Shown: positions 11,320-21,556 of the stretch, piece by piece
Numbering within the stretch: the stretch's first letter is position 1
Layout of the letters: the number at the start of each line of letters is the position of its first letter
Assembly: GCA_963752255.1 (NCBI GenBank)
Contig: CAVVXT010000010.1
Span: 110,217 to 174,216 of the forward strand
DNA length: 64,000 nt
Direction: 5' to 3'
From: Nitrososphaeria archaeon
GTDB lineage: Archaea; Thermoproteota; Nitrososphaeria; JACIWG01
Translations under genes and position numbers: made by a program
The notes under the pieces: generated by a model
The model's input: only the letters and a program-made list of their open reading frames with translations
What the model was told of the DNA's origin: nothing
Databases searched by the model: none

Positions 11320-11703
11320 TTATCTTCTAGTGAGAACTGTTATAACATATATTCCTATAACTATAACTAATATGCCCATGATTATAAAAAAAGAGGATAT
11401 AAAAAACCATATTCCAAAGCCTTCGACAACTTGTAAATAGAACGCTAAACCTAGCAGAACTAAGATTATACCTCCGATTAAGGGACCGATGAACCTGAAC
11501 ATCCCTCCGCCATATCTGTTCCATCTCTCGTCCCTCATTCTTCTTCTTTCTTCCCTCCATTCCCTTTTCGCGTCCCTAATTTCCGCTTTAGCGCGGTCTT
11601 TTACGTCTTCATATTGTGAGCCTTTAAGAGAAGTGCCGCACTTAGAGCAAAATGCCATTGCTTCATCCACTTCTGAACCACACTTTGGACAGTAAGGCAT
11701 CAA
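11320..11703 (-). CDS. Zinc-ribbon membrane protein
   Basis: CPKCG...CSKCG, charged helix, two TM segments. Confidence 0.75.
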   Translation of the reverse strand: MMPYCPKCGSEVDEAMAFCSKCGTSLKGSQYEDVKDRAKAEIRDAKREWREERRRMRDERWNRYGGGMFRFIGPLIGGIILVLLGLAFYLQVVEGFGIWFFISSFFIIMGILVIVIGIYVITVLTRR

Positions 11704-11784
11704 ATTACCCCTTTATATCAGAGTCGATATTGACAAGCAGAATATTTAAAGTTGTCCGCGTAAAATAAAAAAATTAAATAGAGG

Positions 11785-12288
11785 GTGAAAATTACGTACT
11801 ATGATAAATATTTGAATGACGATAATACTTTAGTCAGGTCAAAGCATTTTGAATATGTGATCGGTATTGTCTCTTTCGGAATTTTCATAATATTAATTGG
11901 GGTCATATCAATTTTAACTCCTGGTTTATTTGGAAAAATTCAAGATTTCTTTAGAGATTTCCACTTAACTAAGCTTCCCAATACTCAAAATGTCTTTCTT
12001 CCAGCGCCGGCCGATCCAGGCGCTCATTTAGCCCTCTACAATGCAGTCGGTCTGTTCTGTCTGTTATGGGGATTATTCCAAATTTTGGTTTTAGTGGCTA
12101 AGCTTCTGCTGAACTTGTCAACTGTTAGCAAGGCTAGAAATATTTCCGATGTAATCTTCTGGCTGGGTTCTTACTACCTAATCGGTGTTTTCCTAAATGG
12201 AACCTTAACTTTAACCTCTTGGTTCGCATTTTGGGCAACGATAATAATACTTTTGGGCATCTCACTATTAGCTAGAGCGGTTCTCTAG
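11785..12288 (+). CDS. Hypothetical membrane protein
   Basis: 167-aa ORF with about 4 TM segments. Confidence 0.65.
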   Translation: MKITYYDKYLNDDNTLVRSKHFEYVIGIVSFGIFIILIGVISILTPGLFGKIQDFFRDFHLTKLPNTQNVFLPAPADPGAHLALYNAVGLFCLLWGLFQILVLVAKLLLNLSTVSKARNISDVIFWLGSYYLIGVFLNGTLTLTSWFAFWATIIILLGISLLARAVL

Positions 12289-12412
12289 CTTTCAGCTCAC
12301 ATATGTAACAGAACTGATCCGTTTTTAATGCATGTTGCAAAAGAAAATAGAGTCGAATGTACAAAAAAATTGTCTTGAAGAATTATAATGGACATATACT
12401 TACTATTAATAA

Positions 12413-12616
12413 ATGAACAGGAATAAGAACGAAATCATGAAACTAAAAAGAGCCAGAAAACTTGGGCTTAGGCTTGAAGATATATTGAAGGAACGAATAT
12501 ACAGAACAGGAACAAAATTGTTAGAACTGCAGCGCGAGAGGAGAAAAATGGAGGAGAGAATCATAAAGTTGGAAGGTAAAACAAGTCGTAAGGTTAAAAA
12601 TTCAACAAATGCCTAA
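12413..12616 (+). CDS. Small basic coiled-coil hypothetical protein
   Basis: 67-aa ORF, K/R/E-rich helix. Confidence 0.4.
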   Translation: MNRNKNEIMKLKRARKLGLRLEDILKERIYRTGTKLLELQRERRKMEERIIKLEGKTSRKVKNSTNA

Positions 12617-12646
12617 TCTAACTATAGAATCCGCATCCGAAAAATT

Positions 12647-13289
12647 CTAAATGTTCATTTTTGGCACTTGTTGACCAGAGACAATGTACACAACAGAATC
12701 ACCTATGTAAGTAGCATGGTCGGCTATTCTCTCGAGATATCGAAGAATAAGGATAGATGATATCGAACATTTGACGTCGGCATTGGACTGCGTAGACACC
12801 TGCCTTAAAGCATCCACATATATTTTGTCAATAACGTCGTCCATCTCTCTAACCTCCTTCGCAATCGTTACATTTTTTTCAACAAAGGCTTGGATGCTGA
12901 GTTTTATCATTTCCTTCGCCTGCTCACCCGCTTTTAATACTTCAGTTTTATCGCATGTCGAAAGGTTGCCAACGATTCTTAACACCTGTGATATGTCAAA
13001 CGCATATCTTCCAAATCGTGAGAAGCCATAGCTTATCTCCATGCATGACTTCAAAAACCTAACGTCTGATGCCACTGGCTGATATCTAGATATTATTTCA
13101 ACTGCCAGCTCGTTTACATCATCCTCCATCTTTCGTAGTTGGAGAGATGAGCACGTAGACCATATCCGCCAGGTCTTGTCCCTCACTGTAAGAGTTGATT
13201 GCAGTGAACACGGTTGCCTCCGAATAGTCCGCCATTTCCATGATCATACTCTTTAGCCTTTCAAGCCCCATATCCATTAATCTGACCAT
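12647..13289 (-). CDS. phoU: Phosphate transport regulator PhoU (frameshift near 13190)
   Basis: True start MVRLMDMGLERLK at 13289; YQPVASDVR, DDVID, LERIADHA; follows pstB. Confidence 0.88.
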
Positions 13290-13302
13290 TTCTTTTCACC
13301 TT

Positions 13303-14127
13303 CTAACCAAACTTCCCCGTTATATATCTCTCTGTCAGTTCTTCTCGTGGAGTACTAAAGATTGTAGTCGTTTCAGTGTATTCGATAAGTTGTCCCAGAT
13401 AGAGGAAGGCTGTATAGTCTGAAACCCTCGCCGCCTGCTGCATATTATGTGTCACTATTACGACAGTATATTCCCTTTTAAGTGCTATTATCAACTCCTC
13501 AATCTTAGCGGTTGCAACAGGGTCAAGGGCTGAACAAGGCTCGTCCATAAGGATAACCTCAGGTTCAACTGCAAGAGCCCGCGCAATGCACAGCCTCTGC
13601 TGTTGTCCACCCGACAAGGCAGTCCCAGTCTTCTTCAGATCATCCTTGACTTCGTCCCACAATCCTGCCTGCTCAAGACTCTTTCTAACAACTTCGTTCA
13701 ACTTCTTTTTGTCTTTTATTCCATTCAATTTAAGACCTGCGGCAGCGTTGTCGAAGATGGACATAGTAGGGAATGGATTAGGTTTCTGGAACACCATACC
13801 AACTCTTCTCCTAACAGCAACGGGGTCGATGTCCTTAGAGTATACGTCAACACCATCTAGAAAAACCTTACCCGAAACTATAGCTGAAGGAACCAGTTCA
13901 TGCATTCTATTAAAACATCTTATTAGCGTAGATTTTCCACAGCCTGAAGGCCCGATAATAGCGGTTACAGCATTAGACTTTATTTCCATAGAGATGTCTT
14001 TGATAGCATTCTTATTTCCATACCAAGCACTAAGGTTTTCTGTCCTGATCTTGTAAACTTCATTTATTTCACCTAGTTTAGGTAAGCTAATGCTTGTTGA
14101 ATCCATCCTCTGTTCTTCTAGCGGCAA
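13303..14127 (-). CDS. pstB: Phosphate ABC transporter ATP-binding protein
   Basis: [48 protein letters not shown]. Confidence 0.96.
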   Translation of the reverse strand: MPLEEQRMDSTSISLPKLGEINEVYKIRTENLSAWYGNKNAIKDISMEIKSNAVTAIIGPSGCGKSTLIRCFNRMHELVPSAIVSGKVFLDGVDVYSKDIDPVAVRRRVGMVFQKPNPFPTMSIFDNAAAGLKLNGIKDKKKLNEVVRKSLEQAGLWDEVKDDLKKTGTALSGGQQQRLCIARALAVEPEVILMDEPCSALDPVATAKIEELIIALKREYTVVIVTHNMQQAARVSDYTAFLYLGQLIEYTETTTIFSTPREELTERYITGKFG

Positions 14128-14674
14128 CTTAACTTCTACTTTTATACTTTCCTTTTACAGTAAATCTGTTGTTACTTTAGGAGATTTTGCTTGGGCTTAT
14201 TTCAGCAAAGATGATGCTTCCAAATTATTAGAGGCATCATCTATATAGAATAAAGAGCCCTCAATAAATTATTTGGGAATAGCAGATAAATGTCTTTTAC
14301 GATCTATAATGCGATGATAGGAAAAAGGAAGCTGGGAAACTTTTATTTTTCATCTGCATCCAAAATCGCAAGCACCTTACTAAATTTTATACGTGATATA
14401 TATGGATGAAAATCGAACTAAGAAAAAAGATAATCGAGATAGTTCGTACATTGTTGAATGGATGTTAGAGATGATTGATTTGATCTCGCGTGATTGTGAT
14501 AATTTTCCTCAACTTATGCGTGAAGTTCTTTAATAACATAAAGCTATGAAAGGTAAAAGAAGTATACCGCACAGAGGGCAAAGTTCATTTAATGGACTGC
14601 GCATCCGAATATGACTTACTAGCTATTGTTACCACGCATGGCTATTTTCTAGAAGCTTGCTTTTTATCATTTTC

Positions 14675-15722
14675 TCATGCCAATATTGATTCAACAGTCA
14701 GGTTGAGTACGATTTCGGCAATGTCAGTGGCATACTCTGCGGTTCTGCGAATGCTTTCGATAATCAATCGTACATATGATGCTTCTTCAACCTCCATCTT
14801 TTGAGAAGCAATAACAGCCTCTTTTTCAATAGAAATAACATCCTTTGTTTTCTCGAAAATACTTTCCGCAGAGATTGAAATCCTGCCTGAAAAGCGTTTC
14901 TATGGCTGTTTCAAACATTGAGATTGCTGTATTGCTCATCGTTTCGAGCTTTCCGATTATTTCCGGTTCTAACTGTTTTCTTAGTTGCAAGACGTTTTCC
15001 GCGATTTTAGCTGCGTGATCTGCAGTTCTTTCCACGGACTTTGTTACGAGACGATAGCCTAGACAATCACGGGCATTTTGTAGGCCGATTTCTTTTACTA
15101 ATTTAGGATTCTGAATCGCAGTTTTGAGCTGTCTTACTATATAGAGGTTGAATCGATCCACTTCATTGTCTGTAGTTATGACCTCTTTGGCCAGCTGAGG
15201 GTCTGATCCTTTTAGGGCGGTTATAGCGTCTCTGTGCATTGAAGCTGCTATTATGCTCGTTCGTCTGAGGGCGCTTTGAACAGAAAGTTCAGGATAACTC
15301 AACAAAACCTGCAAAGTTAGCTCTTGTGGGGTGTCTGTGACTATTTCGGTTCCAACAAGCATAATACGAGAAAAATCTTTAATATCATGTCTTTGATTTG
15401 CAGATAACTGTTTTTGGCTTTCAGCTTTTATATGTATCATATTATAGCCCACGAGGTAGGCGGAGACAGTTTTTCTAATTATCGAGTCTGAAGAATCTTT
15501 AAGTGCAACTCTGATCGTAGCTTCGTCCATTCTCTTTTGTTGCATGGTTGTATCAGTGGGTATGATTGATAATAAACCGCCTTCTTCTTCACGTAATTTT
15601 ATCGAGCTCCCTCTTTTAAGATCGTTTTGCCTTATCCAACTTATAGGTAATGAGATTATGAAGGTTGACCCTCCAGTGAACTGAAGCTTTCTCGTTTCTT
15701 CATTAAGTTTGGTTTCCAGCAA
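14675..15722 (-). CDS. AbrB-PhoU phosphate uptake regulator (frameshift near 14850)
   Basis: N-terminal RKLQFTGGSTFIISLP (AbrB) plus PhoU repeats; shifted frame continues ...IESIRRTAEYATDIAEIVLNL to a stop at 14675. Confidence 0.88.
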
Positions 15723-15772
15723 TCTAAATACACCTCCGTAAATATCATATTTAGCTATTAATATACCTTTAA

Positions 15773-15786
15773 TCTATATAGTTTAT
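15773..15786. promoter_or_regulatory. Candidate operator TCTATATAGTTTAT (copy upstream of the AbrB-PhoU gene)
   Basis: Identical 14-mer at 16051-16064; core TCTATATAG also at 14240. Confidence 0.45.
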
Positions 15787-16050
15787 AAATTCTATTGTAA
15801 GAATAACATGTTATTTTGCGAATGAAAAAAAGGTATGGCAAAAAGTGACTTGAAGAATCGTCAAAACAGTTTTTGTCAAAGTCTTATCCGGTTATCTTTA
15901 AGCAGAAAATCAGCTTGCTTTATATTTTATTGTACTTATTTGCATATGCAACTTCCCCCTTTAAAATGTGCAAACTGTTGCAATATTTGAGCGCAACTTG
16001 AAGTGGTTTACATGTCTTGGACTTTAGGGCTTTTATGCGTATCTTTATAG

Positions 16051-16064
16051 TCTATATAGTTTAT
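16051..16064. promoter_or_regulatory. Candidate operator TCTATATAGTTTAT (copy upstream of pstS)
   Basis: Identical 14-mer at 15773-15786. Confidence 0.45.
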
Positions 16065-16116
16065 GGAGGGAATATATATATAATAAAGTTAGACTACCTC
16101 GCAAATAGAGAAAAAA

Positions 16117-17369
16117 ATGAAAAATACATACACAATCGCCATAGTAATAGTGGCAATAGTCATAATCGTAGCAGCAGTTGCTGGCTACACATACATCAGC
16201 TCCTCAACAAACACTTCAGCAACAACATCGACGGTAACTTCAACAAAAACAGTTCCAACAACCTTTACAACAACTCTAATAAGTGGGGTTACAACCACCT
16301 CGACCGTCATCTCGACCATCACCCCGACCAGTACTACTCCAAGTGCAACAGGAACACCAATATCGGTTACCGGAGCAGGTGGAACTCTGATCTACCCGCT
16401 CATGTCTGTTTGGGAGTACACCTATAACCAACTTTATCCAAACGTTCAAGTTAACTATGCAAGCGTCGGCAGTGGCGCAGGAATCCAACAAATCACAGCA
16501 CAGACTGTCGACTTCGGTGGCTCAGACGCCCCATTGACAGCTGCACAATACAAGGCACTTCCCTCAGGCACAATTCTCCTCACAATACCAGAATCTGCCA
16601 GCGCAGTTGTACCAGCATATAACCTACCAGGAATTAGCAACGGCCTCAATTTCACTGGAGCAGTCTTGGCTCAAATCTTCCTTGGCAATATAACGAACTG
16701 GAACGACCCTGCCATTGCAGCCCTTAACCCCGGCACAACCCTACCGAACCATGCTATCGTAGTGATCCACAGATCCGATGGCAGCGGAACAATGTACGCC
16801 TTCACAAACTATCTCTCTGATTCAAGCACCCAGTGGGCAACCAAAGTTGGCAAAGGAACTTCAGTAAATTGGCCTGTTGGTCTCGGAGAAAAGGGTAATG
16901 AAGGTGTAGCGGGAGCCATCTCAAGCACGCAATATTCAATAGGACCTATTGAAATCGCATACGAAATCAATAACAAGGGTCTGATCTCATATGGAACAGT
17001 GCAAAACGCAGCGGGCAAATTCATACTAGCGAACCTGACTAATATAGGAGAAGCAATTAATGCAGGTGCTACTGGTCTTCCGGCAGGAAACGCCCAATGG
17101 ACGAACGTATCCGTAATCGACAACATATTTAACGATAAGGCAGCTACTTACGCTTACCCAATCTCAACGCTAACTTACCTACTGGTCTATCAGCAGCCAG
17201 ACTAATCTAGCAAAGGGTACAGCCGTGGTGAACTTCATCTGGTGGGTCGTAAACTCAGCACAATCAGCCGGAGCAGAGTTTGGGTTACATACCGTTGCCA
17301 GCAAACATCGTCGCTATCGATGATGCAACCCTCAATTCAGTCACGTACAATGGCGTAGCAATACACTAG
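16117..17369 (+). CDS. pstS: Phosphate ABC transporter substrate-binding protein (frameshifts after about 17200)
   Basis: N-terminal TM plus Thr-rich linker; YASVGSGAG, DFGGSD, HRSDGSGT, YPIS. Confidence 0.93.
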
Positions 17370-17450
17370 GGAACCTAATTGTTTATTAGATTCTTTTTTC
17401 CCCCTTTTTTTATAATTTCGTGAATAAAAAATGCGAGGTCTAAAATAAAC

Positions 17451-18383
17451 TTGCACCGTGAAGCTTTGAAAGGTGACATAATCCTAAAGGCAGTTGTTGG
17501 CGTGGCAGCCGTCTTCATCGTATGCTTACTTGGGTTACTCGCATTGGAGTTGTTTTTGGGTTCAAATCTTTCTATCGCCAAGTTTGGCCTATCATTTATT
17601 ATAGTTAGAACTTGGGATCCAGTTCATGATATTTTTGGTGCGTTACCGTTTATTTACGGAACATTGCTAACTTCTGCCATTGCTCTTCTTATAGGATTAC
17701 CCATTAGTATAGGAGTGGCGATATTTCTTACAGAGAAGCTCAAAACCAAAAAAGGAATTGCTTATGTGCTTGGAACGTTGGTAGAGCTTCTCGCGGCAGT
17801 GCCGAGTGTTATTTACGGGTTATGGGGGCTGTTATTCTTAAAGAATATCCTTCGAGACTATGTCGAAACGCCCTTACATAGTTACCTCAGCTTTATCCCT
17901 CTCTTTTCTGGAACGCCGTTCGGTCTCGATTTCTTTACCGCCGGAATCATACTTGCCATAATGATAATCCCAACGATCTCTGCGGTCTCTAAGGATATCC
18001 TGAACGCAGTTCCAAATAGTCAAAGGGAAGCCATGTACTCGCTTGGTGCTACGGACTGGGAAGTTACACAAAAAAGCGTTCTACCTTATGCGAGGTCAGG
18101 CATTTTTGGAGCCACCATCCTTGGTTTGGGGAGAGCCGTGGGTGAAACGATGGCGGTGACGATGGTGATTGGCAACACGCCTAGAATTACGGCAGACCTA
18201 TTTTCCGGCGGATATACATTGGCTGCTGTGATAGCGAATGAGTTCACAGAGGCGTCTTCCCCGCTCTATACTTCTGCTCTCATCGAAATTGGCCTGATCC
18301 TGTTTTTTGTAGCTTTAATTATCAATGTTTTCGCCAGATTTTTGCTTTGGAGGATGATGCGTGGTGTACGATTCAGAGTCTGA
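17451..18383 (+). CDS. pstC: Phosphate ABC transporter permease PstC
   Basis: ELLAAVPSVIYGLWG, LGLGRAVGETMAV, IANEF. Confidence 0.95.
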   Translation: MHREALKGDIILKAVVGVAAVFIVCLLGLLALELFLGSNLSIAKFGLSFIIVRTWDPVHDIFGALPFIYGTLLTSAIALLIGLPISIGVAIFLTEKLKTKKGIAYVLGTLVELLAAVPSVIYGLWGLLFLKNILRDYVETPLHSYLSFIPLFSGTPFGLDFFTAGIILAIMIIPTISAVSKDILNAVPNSQREAMYSLGATDWEVTQKSVLPYARSGIFGATILGLGRAVGETMAVTMVIGNTPRITADLFSGGYTLAAVIANEFTEASSPLYTSALIEIGLILFFVALIINVFARFLLWRMMRGVRFRV

Positions 18384-19272
18384 GAAAAATAATGCCACAG
18401 TGAAGAGGATTAGCCTTGTTACTGGTACGGCTCGCAGGCGAAGGGTAGTTGACAAAGTGATGACTGGGCTTGTTATGTTAGCCGTAGCCCTTGCGGTAAT
18501 TCCCTTGGTGCTAATACTAGGCGTAGTCGTCTTGAAGGGCGCTCCTGTCATAAGTTTATCGTTTCTTACTAATCTTCCTAGGCCTGTGGGTGTTCCTGGA
18601 GGGGGAATAGCTAATGCGATTTTTGGTAGTTTCATAATGATGGGGATAGCTACGTTGATAGCTGTGCCCATTGGTGTTGGGGCGGGAATTTTCTTTTCGG
18701 AGTGGCCAGAGTCTCGGCTTTCCACGGTTTCAAGTTTTACGAATGATGTGTTGGCGGAGTTTCCTTCGATTGTGATTGGGATTTTCGTTTATATCATAAT
18801 TGTTTTGTCGACTAAGGCGTTTTCTGCGTTAGCTGGGGCTATTGCGCTTAGTATCATAATGATTCCGATAATTGCGAGAACTACTGAGGAGTCTCTTAAG
18901 CTTGTTCCTATGACGTTGAGAGAGGCTTCTATGGCACTTGGGGTTTCGAGATGGAGAACTGTGATTAAGGTGGTTATAGGCACGGGGAAGAGCGGGCTGG
19001 TTACTGGTGTACTTCTAGCTGTGGCTCGTGCTGCAGGTGAGACCGCGCCTTTAATTTTGACCGCTCTGGGCAGTGTCTATTTTCCGACTAGCCTGTTTCA
19101 ACCTACTGCGGCGTTGCCGCTTTTAATTTACACATATGCGATCACTCCGTATCAGTATTTGCAGGCGCAAGCGTGGGGTGCGGCTTTGATCCTTATAGCA
19201 ATCATGTTCGTGTTGAATCTCTCCATCAAGCTTTTTATCCTGAGGAGATCCGCGGTGAGGGCAGAAACTTGA
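18361..19272 (+). CDS. pstA: Phosphate ABC transporter permease PstA
   Basis: GGGIANAI, PSIVIG, ARAAGETAPL, AWGAAL. Confidence 0.95.
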   Translation: MVYDSESEKNNATVKRISLVTGTARRRRVVDKVMTGLVMLAVALAVIPLVLILGVVVLKGAPVISLSFLTNLPRPVGVPGGGIANAIFGSFIMMGIATLIAVPIGVGAGIFFSEWPESRLSTVSSFTNDVLAEFPSIVIGIFVYIIIVLSTKAFSALAGAIALSIIMIPIIARTTEESLKLVPMTLREASMALGVSRWRTVIKVVIGTGKSGLVTGVLLAVARAAGETAPLILTALGSVYFPTSLFQPTAALPLLIYTYAITPYQYLQAQAWGAALILIAIMFVLNLSIKLFILRRSAVRAET

Positions 19273-19398
19273 TTTATGTCAGTTTAGAAAATCGTGCACC
19301 TTAATCGCACAGAATCCTAAAAATTACGCTCCTTTCTGTCTGATCAGGATGCTTCCATGTTTCCCGTGAATTATGCTACCGACAACTTGCAAGGTCGA

Positions 19399-20508
19399 TC
19401 ACCGCATCAATTCGTTTAAGATTACGTGAGCATCGGAAGACCTTGTGAACTGAGATATCTTTTTCCAGATCCCCCTCTTGGACGCTACCACCTTGAACTG
19501 GAACTCCTGTGTCGATTTCTCATTCGTATCTACGCGGCCAAGCCTGTCCGCGTCCATTAACCCGAAAGGATATCCGGGGAAACTTACGTCTCTAGAGTTA
19601 TCCGCCATGGCGGAAATGATCGACTCAATTTCTTCGAACCTGCTCCCTTCTGCCTGCTCCCTCAATATTTCAAACCTGAAAACATGCTCGGACTGCCTAT
19701 GCAGTTTAACTGCAAACATGTCAGCTCTGTGGTCAGGATGTGCTATTTTAACGATCGGATGATAGTACCAGGAAGACCCCTTTAGTAATGTGCTCTGGGA
19801 GAGTTCCCATATTGCTGAGAGCAGCGGCTGTCCGGTCGTTGTAAAAAGTGTAGATGTCTTGGATAAGGCGGTGAAATAGACCTCCTCGTTTAACGCCGTG
19901 TCGTATGCTTCATTCGCATACTTACTTTCGTTTGTGACAGATGTCTGTAGAGTTCCGTCCTTTACGAGTATATCGTTTCTATTGAGCTCTTCCTGCATTA
20001 TAAAGTTTGTAAATTTCCATTCAGCGAATGTACGTGCCGCGTTAGAGACCCTATCTATCGCAGCCCTCTGAAGCCCCGACATTATAGTCCTATCGAAGGA
20101 ATTGAACTTCAGGTCTTCAACTTCAGGCAAATATTTCCTCCATATTTCTTTTATCGGAACGAACTCCGTCCTGTAAACTATCTTCTTATCTTCCAACGTC
20201 GCATAGCATACCGTATAAAAATCAATCTTTTGAGGAACATTACACGGTTCAATTCTCCTGTTTCCTTTGAATAGGTTGAAATATAACCTTGTCAGTTCTA
20301 TTATGAAATTAGGTGCACTAGCTATTTCCATATTACCTCCGTCGATGAAACAGATTGTCCGTTCCGCATCGCTTTTAGGGATTGCATGAAAGTTAGCAGT
20401 ATCGAAATCGCTCGAATGATATCTCCTGTCAGCGAAAGTCGGTTGGCCTAGGGGAATGGGAATTACATTCTTTTCGAGCAATTGAACAGCCAAATCAATC
20501 GGTAACAT
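19399..20508 (-). CDS. NurA-like nuclease (RNase H fold)
   Basis: FIDGG, ILVKDGTL, ALSKTS, GYPFGLMDAD. Confidence 0.75.
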   Translation of the reverse strand: MLPIDLAVQLLEKNVIPIPLGQPTFADRRYHSSDFDTANFHAIPKSDAERTICFIDGGNMEIASAPNFIIELTRLYFNLFKGNRRIEPCNVPQKIDFYTVCYATLEDKKIVYRTEFVPIKEIWRKYLPEVEDLKFNSFDRTIMSGLQRAAIDRVSNAARTFAEWKFTNFIMQEELNRNDILVKDGTLQTSVTNESKYANEAYDTALNEEVYFTALSKTSTLFTTTGQPLLSAIWELSQSTLLKGSSWYYHPIVKIAHPDHRADMFAVKLHRQSEHVFRFEILREQAEGSRFEEIESIISAMADNSRDVSFPGYPFGLMDADRLGRVDTNEKSTQEFQFKVVASKRGIWKKISQFTRSSDAHVILNELMR

Positions 20509-20686
20509 CTTCTCACTTTACACTAATAGATATGCAAACATCTAACAAATATTTAAGCTAATCCACGAGTCTGCATCATTCCCGAATTTTGGCATACCTT
20601 AATCAAATTACTGTTACATCAAAAGAAAACTTCCATTTCTCTTTTCTCAACTTTAAAATGTAGCGACTATTAGATTTTTTAAAAGG

Positions 20687-20729
20687 TAGCGGGTCCGGTG
20701 GGACTTATACCTAAAAGGGTTTAAGTCCC
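20687..20729 (-). mobile_element. att-like site: tRNA 3'-end fragment fused to an 11-6-11 inverted repeat; left border of the island
   Basis: Minus strand reads GGTATAAGTCCCACCGGACCCG (T-arm plus acceptor-like); GGACTTATACC-TAAAAG-GGTTTAAGTCC at 20701-20728. Confidence 0.55.
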
Positions 20730-21073
20730 TCTATTTGCCTTATATTCAATATGTCAGCTATCATCTCTACTCTAAAGTAATTGGTATTTTTCTAATCTTG
20801 TTAGCTATAAGGTTTTTTAACGTCCTTTGCTTTCCCCCTTTTTTTCTTACTGTACTGAAAACTATTCTCTCAACAATAACAACATTTTTAAATCTGGGAC
20901 GCGGTCTTTTTTAAATAGTAATGCCGATTAAATTAGAATCTTTAGATTCTTCTATACAAGAAGAGAACATCACTTTGATTGTAGGTAAGAACATATTACT
21001 CAAAATAATCGAAAATTCAGAAAAACAATGAATAATACGTATCTAATTATTATTTTAGATTGAATGAAGTATA

Positions 21074-21547
21074 TCAATCGTATTTGTTAAAGATATATTC
21101 CAATGTGATGTTGCAGTTCTCTCTTATGATTTGCTCTGATTTACCCTCAAGGGAAATTCTTTGAGAAAATAGTAATTTTATTTCTATGGGAGAAATGTAA
21201 CCAGATAAAACTACTGGATAGAAATTGAAACCAATTAAGGAATTCTGATTTAGGAAATCCCTAATTGAATCACATACGTTTTTTATTTTTTGAACTGCAT
21301 CCAAAATTGGGGCATCACCTTTTTTTAATTCAACAATCACAATTTTCTTTTTTTCTAAAAAACAGCAGAGAATCAAGCAGTCACTTACCTTCCCTGGTTT
21401 GTGTTTTTGAACCCAATATTTTTCAACATTTATGATAATTTTTTGGTTTACACCTCTTCCGATCTTCATTGAGCAACCTTGATCTTTACATTTAGATGTA
21501 ACATAAGGTCTGGCTGAATTACAAAGATCTGTTAAAGCCCAAGACAT
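21074..21547 (-). CDS. Small PD-(D/E)XK-like protein, partner of the ABC-type ATPase
   Basis: SDCLIL...IVIVELK motif; starts 10 bp after the ATPase stop. Confidence 0.55.
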   Translation of the reverse strand: MSWALTDLCNSARPYVTSKCKDQGCSMKIGRGVNQKIIINVEKYWVQKHKPGKVSDCLILCCFLEKKKIVIVELKKGDAPILDAVQKIKNVCDSIRDFLNQNSLIGFNFYPVVLSGYISPIEIKLLFSQRISLEGKSEQIIRENCNITLEYIFNKYD

Positions 21548-21556
21548 ACTACTACA

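Noticed and set aside
16195-16365. Thr/Ser-rich low-complexity stretch
   Set aside because: Ordinary linker of a membrane-anchored archaeal PstS
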